Shown in pieces: positions 29,309-39,467 of a stretch of 64,000 nucleotides of DNA. Source of the stretch: an uncultured delta proteobacterium (GTDB lineage: Bacteria > Desulfobacterota > Binatia > Binatales > Binataceae); contig CAVXXK010000006.1 of the NCBI GenBank assembly GCA_963765675.1, forward strand, positions 416,001 to 480,000, read 5' to 3'. The notes beneath the pieces are model-generated. The model saw only the letters and a program-made list of their open reading frames with translations, was not told the DNA's origin and searched no databases. The position numbers and the translations under genes were made by a program. Position 1 is the first letter of the stretch. Each line of letters opens with the position of its first letter.

Positions 29309-30176
29309 TTAATTCTGCTCCCAGAATTCCTTCAGCAGCGTGCTGGTCAGCCGCGGATGTTCTTCCGGGAAGAACAGCTTAGCGCGCGGCACCAGGACCG
29401 TTCGCTTGAGGCCGCCCAGATTCTTCTTGAACCATGCGAGCGACGCCGCCTTGTCGAATGCCGTATCAGCCTCGCCCCAGATAACCTGCGTTGGAATCTT
29501 CGACGCCCGCAAAGCCGGCGTCTGCGCTACCAGCTCCTGCTGGCTGTGCTGCCACTGCGCGAGTCCCTTAAGCCCCTCGATTCTCTTGTCCGAGGCAACC
29601 AGCGGCGCGAGATATACTTCGAGCAACTCGGGCGTCAACGTCTCGGCGGATTCATAGACGCTGCCGAACTGCGCGCGAGCGATACTGACGTCGGCGAGCA
29701 TCATTTTGAACCCCTGCACCACCGCCCCACTCTTCACGCCGGCGTAGAACCCGGTCAGCATTTCGTTGGGCCACAAGTCGTGAACCTCGCAATTGGTCAG
29801 CGTCAGGGTACGAATCCTGTTCGGCGCGGTTGCGGCTAAAACCTGGCTGACGCCGCCCCCCGTGTCATTGCCGCATAGATCGACGCTGTCGATTCCCAGA
29901 GCGTCCAGGAACGCCGACAGCATCCTGGCCTGTCCGCCGAACGACAGGTCGGTGCCGGATTCGATTTCGCCGTATCCCAGGCCCATCAGGTCGGGCGCGA
30001 TACAGCGGCGCGTCGATGCGAGGTCCTCCAGCTCCTCGCGCCACTGGAAGCCGTTTAGAGGAAGACCGTGCACCAACAGGGCCGAGCGCGGACCCTCGCC
30101 GCGCTCGACGTAGGCGATCTCTGCCGAACTTGGTGTTGGCGAACTTTCGCGATGAGTGGAATTGGGCGGCGTTCAT
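29309..30176 (-). CDS. Alpha/beta hydrolase (haloalkane dehalogenase/epoxide hydrolase-like), with +1 frameshift near 30119-30122
   Basis: HGLP, APDLMGLG, GNDTGG (Asp nucleophile), WGEAD. N-terminus MNAAQFHSSRKFANTKFG joins IAYVERGEG after removing one base; RBS AAGGAG. Confidence 0.85.
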
Positions 30177-30205
30177 TGTTACTCTCCTTGGTGAGGGATT
30201 AAAGA

Positions 30206-30224
30206 TACATACAGTGTGTATGTA
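30206..30224. promoter_or_regulatory. Probable TetR operator palindrome in divergent promoter
   Basis: TACATACA-GTG-TGTATGTA, perfect 8-bp arms, between the hydrolase and TetR starts. Confidence 0.75.
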
Positions 30225-30237
30225 ACCTGCGTATAGT

Positions 30238-30855
30238 ATGAGTGTCAAGAGCCGCCAGGCGGAAAATTCCGCCGCCACCCGCACCGCCCTGCTCCGCGTC
30301 GCCCGCCGCCTGTTCGCGACCCGCGGCTACGCCGACACCGCGACCGAGGAGGTTGTCCGTCGCGCGCGCGTGACGCGAGGCGCCCTCTATCATCACTTCA
30401 AGGACAAACGCGATCTGTTCGAAGCCGTGCTCGACGAAGAGCAGATAAAGATCGCCGACCTGGTCGCCAAAGCCGCCGCTACCCAGTCCGACCCGTGGAA
30501 CGCGCTGCTTGAGGGATCAAAGGCCTTTCTCGAGGCATGCCTCGATCCCGCGGTGCAGCAGATTATTTTGATCGACGCGCCCGCGGTGCTCGGATGGAAG
30601 AAATGGCGCGAGAACGACCAGAGCCACTACCTCGAGGGCCTCAAGGCCGCGATCGCGCTGTCAATCGAGGAGGGGCTGATCGCCAGGCAGCCGACCGAGC
30701 CGCTGGCGCACGTGATCATGGGCGCGATGAACGAAGCCGCCCTGCTGATCGCCCACGCCGACGACGAGCAGGCCGCGCGCCGCGAAGTCACAACCGTTAT
30801 CGAGCGGCTGTTTAACGGAATCAGGGGCGCCCAGAAAGAATCAGGCAGCCACTAA
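30238..30855 (+). CDS. TetR-family transcriptional regulator
   Basis: TRTALL.VARRLF..RGY..T..EEVVRRA.VTRGALYHHF.DK. The stop codon lies inside the downstream repeat. Confidence 0.93.
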   Translation: MSVKSRQAENSAATRTALLRVARRLFATRGYADTATEEVVRRARVTRGALYHHFKDKRDLFEAVLDEEQIKIADLVAKAAATQSDPWNALLEGSKAFLEACLDPAVQQIILIDAPAVLGWKKWRENDQSHYLEGLKAAIALSIEEGLIARQPTEPLAHVIMGAMNEAALLIAHADDEQAARREVTTVIERLFNGIRGAQKESGSH

Positions 30856-30934
30856 GACACGAAGGCACGAAGAAGAAATCTTTTCTTTGTGTCTTCGTGT
30901 CTTAGTGGCCGGTTGGATTGTGGCCGGTTGGATT
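30848..30934. repeat. CACnAAGA-unit palindrome, copy 2
   Basis: Palindrome 30848-30909 with the same asymmetric tail as copy 1. Confidence 0.9.
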
Positions 30935-30937
30935 TGA

Positions 30938-33316
30938 TCAGTACGGCCACTTCCAGTTCGTGATCTCGTCGCGATCGATTCCGTTCTCGGTCGCGTAGTC
31001 CATGCTCTCGGTGATCTGATCTTTGAGCCAGTCCTTCACGTGCGAGCCGCCGATCTTTTCGAGCCGCGGCACGCGATCGATCACGTCGATTGCGAGATTG
31101 AACCTGTCGGTCTGATTGTTGATCGCGAGTTGCAGCGGCGTGTTGATACTGCCCGCCTCCTTGTAACCGCGCACATGCATGTTGTCGTGATTGTGGCGCT
31201 TGTACGCCAGCTTGTGGATCAGCCAGGGATAGCCGTGGAAGTTGAAAATCACCGGCTTGTCGGCAGTGAACAGACCGTCGAAGTCTGGATCCGTAAGCCC
31301 GTGCGGATGCTGCGTTGACGGCTGCAGCTTGAACAGATCAACCACGTTAACAAAGCGCAGCTTCAAGTCGGGAAATTTCTTGCGCAGGATCGCCGCCGCC
31401 GCAAGGCACTCGATCGTCGCCACGTCACCCGCGCTCGCCATCACCACGTCGGGCTCCGCGCCCTGATCGGTACAGGCGAAATCCCATATCCCGATTCCCT
31501 TGGTGCAATGATTCACCGCCGACTGGATATCCAGGAACTCCGGATGCGCCTGCTTGTCGGCGACGATCACGTTGACGTAGTTGGTGCTGCGCAGGCAATG
31601 GTCGGCCACGCTCAGGAGACAGTTCGCGTCCGGCGGCAGATAGACCCGCGTGACCCACGCGCTCTTGTTGGTTACGACGTCGATAAAGCCGGGGTCCTGA
31701 TGCGTGAACCCGTTGTGATCCTGGCGCCAGACCGTCGAGCTGATGAGGATGTTCAAAGACGGCAGAGGGTCGCGCCACGAAACCTCGCGGCACTTCTCCA
31801 GCCACTTCGCGTGCTGATTGAACATCGAGTCGATCACGTGGGCGAACGCCTCGTAGGTCGCGAACATCCCGTGGCGCCCCGTAAGCACGTAGCCTTCGAG
31901 CCATCCTTCCAGCGTGTGCTCGCTCAGCATCTCCATCACGCGGCCGTCGGGCGCGAGATCGCCGCCGTCGGCGTCCTCGGGCTTGTATTCTTCGAGCCAG
32001 GTCTTCTTGGTCGCCTGATAAATCGCCTGCAGCCGATTCGAGGCGGTTTCGTCAGGACCGAAGACGCGGAAGTTATCGGGATTATTGCGCATCACGTCGC
32101 GCAGAAATTCACCGAGCACGTACGTATTCTCGCCGTACGTCCGCGCCGGCTTCGTGACCTTGAGCGCGTACTTCCTGAAGCTCGGGAGCTTGAGCGGACG
32201 GCGCAGAAGCCCGGGGTTGCTGTGAGGATTGGCGCTGATCCGTCGGTTTCCCGACGGCGCGAGCTGCTTGAGCTCGGGAATCAGCGCGCCCCCCTCATCG
32301 AACAGCTTCTCGGGATGATAACTGCGCATCCATTTTTCCAGCAGCCTCAGATGCTTCGGGTTCTCGATCACGTCGGGAATCGGCACCTGATGCGATCGCC
32401 ACGAACCTTCGAGTTTGTGCCCGTCGAGCGTCTTCGGATCGGTCCATCCCTTCGGCGTGCGCAGGATGATCATCGGCCATCGCGGGCGCGGCTGACGCTC
32501 CGCCGCGCTTTTGGTCCGCGCCTGCTTCTGGATTTTGTGAATCGAGGCAACGCTGGCCTCGAGCGCCGCCGCCATCGCCTGATGCACCAGCTTCGGATCG
32601 TCGCCCTCGACCACGTGCGGAGCGTAGCCGTATCCAACCATCAGGCTATGCAACTCCTCAGGCGGGATACGCGCGAGGACCGTAGGGTTGGCGATCTTGT
32701 AACCATTCAGATGCAGGATCGGCAGCACCGCGCCGTCACGCACCGGGTTCAGGAATTTGTTGAAGTGCCACGAGGTCGCGAGCGGTCCCGTCTCCGACTC
32801 GCCATCACCGACCACCGCCGCCACGATCAGATTCGGATTATCGAAAGCCGCCCCGGCCGCGTGCGACAGGCTGTAGCCCAATTCGCCGCCCTCGTGGATC
32901 GAGCCGGGAGTTTCCGGAGTGCAATGGCTCCCGACTCCGCCCGGCGACGAGAACATCCGAAAGAACTCGCGCATCCCCTCCTCGTCTTGGCTCCGATCGG
33001 GATAGACCTCGGAATAAACCCCTTCCAGATACGAGTTCGCGAGCGTCGCCGGAGCGCCGTGGCCCGGGCCCGAAATGTAGAGGACGTTCAGATCGAGCTT
33101 CTTGATGAGCCGGTTCAGATGCACCCAGACCAGCGATTGTCCCGGATCCGTCCCCCAATGCCCCAGCAGCCGCCGCTTTATATGTTCGGCCTTGAGCGGC
33201 TTTCTGAGCAACGGGTTGCCGCGCAAATAGAGCATCCCGACGCAAAGGTAATTAGCCGCGCGCCAATATGCGTCGATCGCTTCGACTTCCTGCGAAGACA
33301 GAACCTGCTTCATCAT
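30938..33316 (-). CDS. xfp: Phosphoketolase (xylulose-5-P/fructose-6-P)
   Basis: [68 protein letters not shown]. Confidence 0.96.
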   Translation of the reverse strand: MMKQVLSSQEVEAIDAYWRAANYLCVGMLYLRGNPLLRKPLKAEHIKRRLLGHWGTDPGQSLVWVHLNRLIKKLDLNVLYISGPGHGAPATLANSYLEGVYSEVYPDRSQDEEGMREFFRMFSSPGGVGSHCTPETPGSIHEGGELGYSLSHAAGAAFDNPNLIVAAVVGDGESETGPLATSWHFNKFLNPVRDGAVLPILHLNGYKIANPTVLARIPPEELHSLMVGYGYAPHVVEGDDPKLVHQAMAAALEASVASIHKIQKQARTKSAAERQPRPRWPMIILRTPKGWTDPKTLDGHKLEGSWRSHQVPIPDVIENPKHLRLLEKWMRSYHPEKLFDEGGALIPELKQLAPSGNRRISANPHSNPGLLRRPLKLPSFRKYALKVTKPARTYGENTYVLGEFLRDVMRNNPDNFRVFGPDETASNRLQAIYQATKKTWLEEYKPEDADGGDLAPDGRVMEMLSEHTLEGWLEGYVLTGRHGMFATYEAFAHVIDSMFNQHAKWLEKCREVSWRDPLPSLNILISSTVWRQDHNGFTHQDPGFIDVVTNKSAWVTRVYLPPDANCLLSVADHCLRSTNYVNVIVADKQAHPEFLDIQSAVNHCTKGIGIWDFACTDQGAEPDVVMASAGDVATIECLAAAAILRKKFPDLKLRFVNVVDLFKLQPSTQHPHGLTDPDFDGLFTADKPVIFNFHGYPWLIHKLAYKRHNHDNMHVRGYKEAGSINTPLQLAINNQTDRFNLAIDVIDRVPRLEKIGGSHVKDWLKDQITESMDYATENGIDRDEITNWKWPY

Positions 33317-33360
33317 AACCTCATGGGGTTCAGGGGGGCGCAGCGTGCTCGCGCGCGCGA

Positions 33361-33789
33361 TTACTCCCGGATCGTCATTACCGGGCACGCGGCCTTGCGC
33401 ACTACCGCTTCGGCGACGCTACCGAGAATCATGCGCTTTAAGCCTTTGCGGCCATGCGTCGCGATCACGATCAGATCGGGTTTATGTTTGATCTCGGCCT
33501 CCATGATGCAGCCGACGACGTCGCCGGTATATATGAGCGCTTCGTGTTTTATGCCGGAGAGTTTCTGCTTCACGATATCCTCGAGCTTGGCGCGCGCGGA
33601 CTTCTCCTGGTCCGCGATCATCGCAGGAGGCGCGTAGATCTCGCCCGAGGTGAGCACCAGCTCCAGCACATGAACCAGGATGATCGAGCTGCCAAAGTGG
33701 CGTGCGAGCTCGGCCGCCTTATCAAGCGCGACCAGAGAATTGTCGTCGAAATCGACCGGACAAAGGATCGTTTTATAGGTTAAAGCCAT
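33361..33789 (-). CDS. Universal stress protein
   Basis: [19 protein letters not shown]...[16 protein letters not shown]. Confidence 0.93.
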   Translation of the reverse strand: MALTYKTILCPVDFDDNSLVALDKAAELARHFGSSIILVHVLELVLTSGEIYAPPAMIADQEKSARAKLEDIVKQKLSGIKHEALIYTGDVVGCIMEAEIKHKPDLIVIATHGRKGLKRMILGSVAEAVVRKAACPVMTIRE

Positions 33790-34067
33790 TTGAATCTCCT
33801 TCCCGAATCACCAAGCGCATCGGGTCAAGCAGGCCCTCACAATTCAAATCTAGAAGCGGCTCTGCCACAAATTGAAGATGACAGGATACGTCTGTTCAAT
33901 AGGATACGCTGATCCCCGATTCTCTTCTCATGAAGATTTGGCTCGTCGCGAAATCGAGCGCCGCAATGCGCCGCGTCCCTATAGTCCACACCCTGCCGCC
34001 CCGTTCTGTCTGCGCCCGCTGGCGCAACGATATGCTTCGATAAGGAGGAACCGCTCTGCTAAGACCA

Positions 34068-35459
34068 ATGGACGTGCCCTGTTCTTTCATCAGGATATTT
34101 TTGACTGCGGCAGCCGGTCTGCTCGGTGCGATTCTCGCCTCGTCACCTGCGCTCGCCCAAATCAACTACGCGACCGGCAATGATACCGTCTTCGCGCATT
34201 CTCAAACGCTTCCGTGGTGGCTGTCCGCGCAAGGCAATTTCATCTTCCAATGGCATCCTAGCTTTCCCGCCGCCTACAGCGGTCCCCACAGCTTCGAGCA
34301 TGCTTCCGAACAGGCCGCTTCCGAAGTCACCACTGTCTACACCGGTCTCGAGTTGTCTCCGACGCTGGAAGCCGTAGCTGACGTCGAAAGCGCGGGAGGC
34401 AGCGGCCTGAGTCAGACTCTCGGGCTGGCCGGGTTCCCCAACCTCGACGCGGTTCGAGACCCTAGCCTGAGCGCGGTTCCTTATTTGGCCCGGCTCTGGT
34501 ATCGCGAAGTCATCCCCCTGAGCGACGAAACGGTCACCGTCGAGCGCGGTCCCCTTTCGATCCTCACCACGCTGCCGGTGCGGCGGCTCGATATTCACGT
34601 CGGCAAGTTCGACCTGGTGGACTTCTTCGATCTCAACAGTGTCGCCAACGACAGCCATATGCAGTTCATGAACTGGACCGTCGTAAACAACGGCGCCTAC
34701 GATTACGCCGCCGATACGCGCGGCTACACCTACGGTGGCGTCATCGACTACGAAGATCGATGGTGGGGCTTTCGCTTCGCCGAGGCCCTTGTATCCAAGC
34801 GGCCCAACGGCCTGAACCTTCAAAAGAATCTGCAGGACGCGCATTCGGAGAACTACGAACTGGAGTTTCGTCCGAGATTGCTGAAAACCCGCGAGACCGC
34901 CGTTCGCCTGCTCGCGTTCACCAATTTCTCCAACATGGGTGACTACAACCAAGCGATCGATCTGTTCGAGGAGGGAAAAACTCCGGTCCCGGAGATCACC
35001 GACCACCCACGGCAAACGAAACTGAAATATGGATTCGGCATCAACGCGGAGCAGGAATTCACCGAGTATCTAAGAGGCTTCTTTCGCGCGGGGTGGAATG
35101 ACGGCCAGCATGAATCTTTCAACTACACCGAGGTGAACGATACGGTCGCGTTCGGCGGCGATCTCCGCGGCAGCCTTTGGAATCGTCCCGAAGACAAGTT
35201 TGGGGTGGCATTTGTCGGTAACGGAATCTCCAAGCCCCACCAAGAGTATCTCGCTCTGGGCGGACTCGGCTTCCTCTTGGGTGACGGCGCGCTCAACTAC
35301 GGTCCGGAGAAGATCATGGAGTGCTACTACAACTTCCCAATCCCGTTGCACGCCGGTTTCTTTGCAGCCTTCGACTTCCAATACATTGACAACCCCGGCT
35401 ACAACCGCGATCGCGGTCCGGTCGTCGTTCCGGGAATGCGCCTGCACGTCGAACTCTGA
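34068..35459 (+). CDS. OprB-family porin (MnoP-like)
   Basis: Signal peptide; GLAGFPN, QFMNW, AYDYAADTRGYT, YLALGGLGFLLGDG.LNY, NPGYNRDRGPV. Confidence 0.8.
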   Translation: MDVPCSFIRIFLTAAAGLLGAILASSPALAQINYATGNDTVFAHSQTLPWWLSAQGNFIFQWHPSFPAAYSGPHSFEHASEQAASEVTTVYTGLELSPTLEAVADVESAGGSGLSQTLGLAGFPNLDAVRDPSLSAVPYLARLWYREVIPLSDETVTVERGPLSILTTLPVRRLDIHVGKFDLVDFFDLNSVANDSHMQFMNWTVVNNGAYDYAADTRGYTYGGVIDYEDRWWGFRFAEALVSKRPNGLNLQKNLQDAHSENYELEFRPRLLKTRETAVRLLAFTNFSNMGDYNQAIDLFEEGKTPVPEITDHPRQTKLKYGFGINAEQEFTEYLRGFFRAGWNDGQHESFNYTEVNDTVAFGGDLRGSLWNRPEDKFGVAFVGNGISKPHQEYLALGGLGFLLGDGALNYGPEKIMECYYNFPIPLHAGFFAAFDFQYIDNPGYNRDRGPVVVPGMRLHVEL

Positions 35460-35507
35460 CTTACCTGCTGTTCGTCAGGCGAAGTCGTCCATTGGCGCTA
35501 CGCGCTA

Positions 35508-35530
35508 GCACTGGCTGAGGCCTGTGCCAC
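35508..35530 (-). repeat. GTGG-tagged REP-like palindrome
   Basis: GTGGCACAGGCCTCAGCCAGTGC on the - strand, between convergent porin and uvrB. Confidence 0.5.
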
Positions 35531-35536
35531 TGGAAT

Positions 35537-37774
35537 CTACTTTGGGTCGTCCGGAATCAGCTTGAGCTTGCCCTGGCGGACCGGACGCTTGCCCGCACCG
35601 GCGGCGGCCATCGCGGCGCCGGTACCCTTGCGCGGACGCATCCTGATCGGCGCCTCAGGCGGCTTCTTCACTTGCACACGGTCGCGGCTCGGATCGCTCG
35701 CGTGCGTGCCCGCCGATCCTGCCGGCGCCTTGACCGGAGCCGGACGCACCGTGTCCATCCCGAAGGCTTTGCGTTCGAGCTTTTTGATCTGGTCGCGAAG
35801 CTCGGCGGCGTGCTCGTAGTCGAGCTTCTCAGCCGCTTCCATCATCTCCTGGCGCAGCGCGCTGATTCGCTCGGGCAGCTCATGCGCGGGCAGCATCTCC
35901 TCGTCGCTCGGCTTGTCGTCAATCTCCGGCACGACGGCCCACTCGGGCGAGTACATCTCGACCAGCGACGCATCGATCGCCTTGATGATCGTCGCCGGTG
36001 TGATGCCGTTAGCCTCGTTGTAGGCGAGCTGCTTGGCGCGGCGCCGATCGGTCTCGCCGATCGCCTTGGTCATCGAGTCCGTCATCCGATCGGCGTACAT
36101 CAGGACCAGCCCGTGCAGGTTTCGCGCGGCGCGTCCTATCGTCTGGATCAGCGAGCGCGCCGAGCGCAGGTAGCCTTCCTTGTCGGCGTCCAGGATCGCG
36201 ACCAGCGAAACCTCGGGCAGGTCGAGCCCCTCGCGCAGCAGGTTGATCCCGACCAGCACGTCAAAGTCGCCCTTGCGCAGTCCGCGGATAATCTCGACCC
36301 GCTCGATCGTCTCGATATCCGAATGCAGATAGCGCACGCGGATGCCGAGGTCGTGGTAATAGTCGGTCAGATCCTCGGCCATCTTTTTCGTAAGACAGGT
36401 GACGAGCACGCGCTCGCCCACCGCGACGCGCTTGTGAATCTCCTCGAGCAGATCATCGACTTGCGTGCCGGCCTTCCGCACTTCTATTTTCGGATCGATA
36501 AGTCCCGTCGGGCGTATGAGCTGCTCGACGATCAGCCCGCCCGAGCGCTGTTGCTCATAATCGCCCGGAGTCGCCGACACGTAGATCGCCTGGTTAACGT
36601 GCGATTCCCATTCCTCGAAATTCAGTGGACGGTTGTCGAGCGCCGACGGCAGGCGGAATCCGAAGTCGACCAGCGTCTGTTTGCGCGAGCGATCGCCGCG
36701 GTACATCCCGCCGATCTGCGGCACGGTGACGTGGCTCTCGTCGATAAAGAAGATCGATTCCTTGGGAAAGTAGTCGAGCAAGGTCGGCGGCGGATCTCCG
36801 GGCGCACGCCCGGTCAGATGGCGCGAGTAGTTTTCGATCCCCGGACAGAAACCCATCTCGGCCAGCAGCTCGAGATCGTACATCGTGCGCTGTTCGAGCC
36901 GCTGCGCTTCCAGCAATTTGTTCTCGGAGCGGAAGAGTTCGAGCCGGGCTTTCAGCTCCTCGCGAATCCCGACCACCGCGCGCTCCATCCGATCCGAAGT
37001 CGTCACGTAGTGCGAGGCTGGATAGACCGCGACCGCCTGCAGCTTGCGCAGCACCTTCCCGCGCAGCGCGTCGATCTCGTAAAGCGCCTCGACCTGGTCG
37101 CCAAAGAACTCAATTCGCACCGCGCGCTGTTCTTCATACGCGGGGAAGATCTCGACCGTGTCGCCGCGCACGCGAAAGGTCCCGCGATGGAAATCATAAT
37201 CGTTGCGCTGGTAGGCGATATCGACCAGTTTGCGCAGCACGCGGTCGCGCTCTATCGTCTGCCCTTCTTCGAGGAACACTACCGTCTCGAAATATACTTC
37301 CGGCTCGCCCAAACCGTAGATGCACGAGACCGACGCCACGATTAGCACGTCGTTGCGCTCGAGCAGCGCCTTGGTGGCCGAGTGGCGCAGCTTGTCGATC
37401 TCGTCGTTGATGCTCGAGTCCTTCTCGATAAACGTGTCGGTCGAGGGGACGTAAGCCTCGGGCTGGTAGTAGTCGTAATAAGAGACGAAGTATCGGACCG
37501 CGTTGTCGGGGAACAGGCTCTTGAATTCGTTGTAGAGCTGCGCGGCGAGGGTCTTGTTCGGCGCCATCACCAGCGCCGGCCGATTCACCTGCGCGATGAC
37601 ATTCGCCATCGTGAAGGTCTTGCCTGAGCCGGTCACGCCGAGCAGCACCTGATGCGGCACCGCCTGGCGCAGGTTGCCGACGATCGCCTCGATCGCAGCG
37701 GGCTGGTCGCCCTCGGGCTTGTAGCCCGAGACCAGCCGGAAGCTGCCTTCTTTACCGCGCGCAAGTGGAAGCAT
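35537..37774 (-). CDS. uvrB: Excinuclease ABC subunit B
   Basis: [54 protein letters not shown]-terminal UVR domain. Confidence 0.97.
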   Translation of the reverse strand: MLPLARGKEGSFRLVSGYKPEGDQPAAIEAIVGNLRQAVPHQVLLGVTGSGKTFTMANVIAQVNRPALVMAPNKTLAAQLYNEFKSLFPDNAVRYFVSYYDYYQPEAYVPSTDTFIEKDSSINDEIDKLRHSATKALLERNDVLIVASVSCIYGLGEPEVYFETVVFLEEGQTIERDRVLRKLVDIAYQRNDYDFHRGTFRVRGDTVEIFPAYEEQRAVRIEFFGDQVEALYEIDALRGKVLRKLQAVAVYPASHYVTTSDRMERAVVGIREELKARLELFRSENKLLEAQRLEQRTMYDLELLAEMGFCPGIENYSRHLTGRAPGDPPPTLLDYFPKESIFFIDESHVTVPQIGGMYRGDRSRKQTLVDFGFRLPSALDNRPLNFEEWESHVNQAIYVSATPGDYEQQRSGGLIVEQLIRPTGLIDPKIEVRKAGTQVDDLLEEIHKRVAVGERVLVTCLTKKMAEDLTDYYHDLGIRVRYLHSDIETIERVEIIRGLRKGDFDVLVGINLLREGLDLPEVSLVAILDADKEGYLRSARSLIQTIGRAARNLHGLVLMYADRMTDSMTKAIGETDRRRAKQLAYNEANGITPATIIKAIDASLVEMYSPEWAVVPEIDDKPSDEEMLPAHELPERISALRQEMMEAAEKLDYEHAAELRDQIKKLERKAFGMDTVRPAPVKAPAGSAGTHASDPSRDRVQVKKPPEAPIRMRPRKGTGAAMAAAGAGKRPVRQGKLKLIPDDPK

Positions 37775-37999
37775 AGCGACAGAGTAATTCTAGCATCCCC
37801 GGGCGCGATCGTCGAAACGCGTTGCGATTGGCCCCGCACCCGTCGTTTGCTTCGGGCACCAAATCGTATGCGGAGGCGCCCAATTACTCCATTCTGGCCG
37901 GAAAGAATTACCCGCCAGCCCCTCGTGGAGCACAGAAATAATCTCGTCCTTGATGAGGGTTTCTGATAGAAGAATGCTTAATCCAGACGGCGGCGACGA

Positions 38000-38015
38000 T
38001 GGCATATCGATTGCT
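38000..38015 (+). promoter_or_regulatory. Putative sigma54 (-24/-12) promoter
   Basis: TGGCATATCGATTGCT fits TGGCA-N6-TTGCW (GG-N10-GC), about 150 bp upstream of 38168. Confidence 0.6.
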
Positions 38016-38167
38016 CGTTTTCGCCATATCGCTATAACTGGCGCGGCAAATTAACGAGGGTTCAGAAACCTCAGATGAGTTGAAACCGGTGATTCGGGCG
38101 ATCGTATTCGAAAAGGTGAACCTGCCTTTCGCGATGATCCCTGCCTCCCCACAACGGAGAACAACCG

Positions 38168-38566
38168 ATGAAGAGTATGCTCACAATCATGGCCGCTGCG
38201 CTGCTCGCGATAGCGACCGCTGGCCCGGCGTTCGCGCAAGTGCGCCAGTACGACGCCGACTTCAACAACTACTTGAGCCATCATCCCAACGAGGCGGCTC
38301 AAATCCAGGCTAATCCCCGCCTGATCGACGATCCGACCTACATCAAGAACCATCCCGGGCTGAACCAATACCTGGACAACCATCCCAACGTCCGCAAAAC
38401 CATTCGAGCGCAATCCCGCGGAGAAATGATGCATGGCGGTCCCGTCCCCGGAACGTACGCCGGACACGGTCCGGGCGACTACGATTCGAACCATGTGTGG
38501 CGCGATCAGGGATGGTGGCAGAAAAATCATCCGGACGTGTGGGCCAGGCGGCATCCTAATCACTAG
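38168..38566 (+). CDS. Secreted His/Asn/Trp-rich hypothetical protein, paralog 1
   Basis: Signal peptide (AFA-Q), NHP repeats, one GDYD.NHVWRD.GWWQKNHP unit; RBS GGAG. Confidence 0.8.
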   Translation: MKSMLTIMAAALLAIATAGPAFAQVRQYDADFNNYLSHHPNEAAQIQANPRLIDDPTYIKNHPGLNQYLDNHPNVRKTIRAQSRGEMMHGGPVPGTYAGHGPGDYDSNHVWRDQGWWQKNHPDVWARRHPNH

Positions 38567-38604
38567 ATGATGATCGCCGTTCCTAAAGCGATGGAGGAAA
38601 AACG

Positions 38605-39183
38605 ATGAAGAGTATGCTCACAATCATGGCCGCTGCACTCGTGGCGATAGCGACCGCTGGCCCGGCGTTCGCGCAAGTGCGCCAGTACGACGCCGACTTC
38701 AACAATTATTTGAACCATCATCCCAACGAAGCGGCGCAGCTTCGGGCCAATCCCGGGTTGATCGACAACCCGACCTATATCCATAACCATCCCGGACTGA
38801 ACACCTATCTGAACAACCATCCCAATGTCCGCCGGACGATTCGCGGACAGACCAACGGAATGGTCGGTGCTCCAGGACCGTACGCGGCGCGTGGGTATGG
38901 CGACTACGACGAGCACCATGTGTGGCGTAGCTCGGATTGGTGGCAGCAGAACAATCCCGGATGGTGGCGCGAGCATCATCCGGAATGGGCCGCGAATCAT
39001 CCGCATTGGTACCCCGACGGCGACTACGACGATAATCATGTGTGGCGCGATTCAGGATGGTGGCAGAAGAATCATCCTCAGGACTGGAGCAAGTGGCATC
39101 ATGGCAATGAGGTCGGCCATGACAATGGCGTTGGCCATGGACATGGCCATGACAATGACCATCACGACAATGACCACCACTAG
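38605..39183 (+). CDS. Secreted His/Asn/Trp-rich hypothetical protein, paralog 2
   Basis: 5' region near-identical to paralog 1, two GDYD..HVWR..WW units, His-rich tail; RBS GGAGG. Confidence 0.8.
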   Translation: MKSMLTIMAAALVAIATAGPAFAQVRQYDADFNNYLNHHPNEAAQLRANPGLIDNPTYIHNHPGLNTYLNNHPNVRRTIRGQTNGMVGAPGPYAARGYGDYDEHHVWRSSDWWQQNNPGWWREHHPEWAANHPHWYPDGDYDDNHVWRDSGWWQKNHPQDWSKWHHGNEVGHDNGVGHGHGHDNDHHDNDHH

Positions 39184-39222
39184 ATCGCGATCGCTGGACA
39201 GCGGAGAAAGCGCATAAAAGAT

Positions 39223-39253
39223 GGCCGGGCCGCATCTGCGGCTCGGCCTTTCT
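39223..39253 (+). terminator. Probable intrinsic terminator
   Basis: GGCCGGGCCGCA/TGCGGCTCGGCC stem followed by TTTCT. Confidence 0.55.
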
Positions 39254-39467
39254 ATAGAAGCATCGGGGCGATTCAGGTGACGATTTGGGGTTGGGCGGCG
39301 GGAAATAAGACGCCAGAACCGTGTGAGAAAAAATTGGGGTCCCTAGTTGCATTCAGGGGCGGAATATAACTATATTTGCTCCGCAATTACGAGTTAATGA
39401 CGCGATGTCGCGGCGAGTGAGGGGTTTCTAGCACCGCGCCAACACGCACTTGGGCAGGGAGGAGTTC

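Noticed and set aside
31508-33637. 709-aa + strand ORF
   Set aside because: Antisense shadow of xfp and usp.
35672-37345. 557-aa + strand ORF
   Set aside because: Antisense shadow of uvrB.
38166-38730. Near-identical paralog 5' ends as a DGR template/variable repeat pair
   Set aside because: Both copies are coding N-termini, differences are not adenine-specific, and no reverse transcriptase is present.
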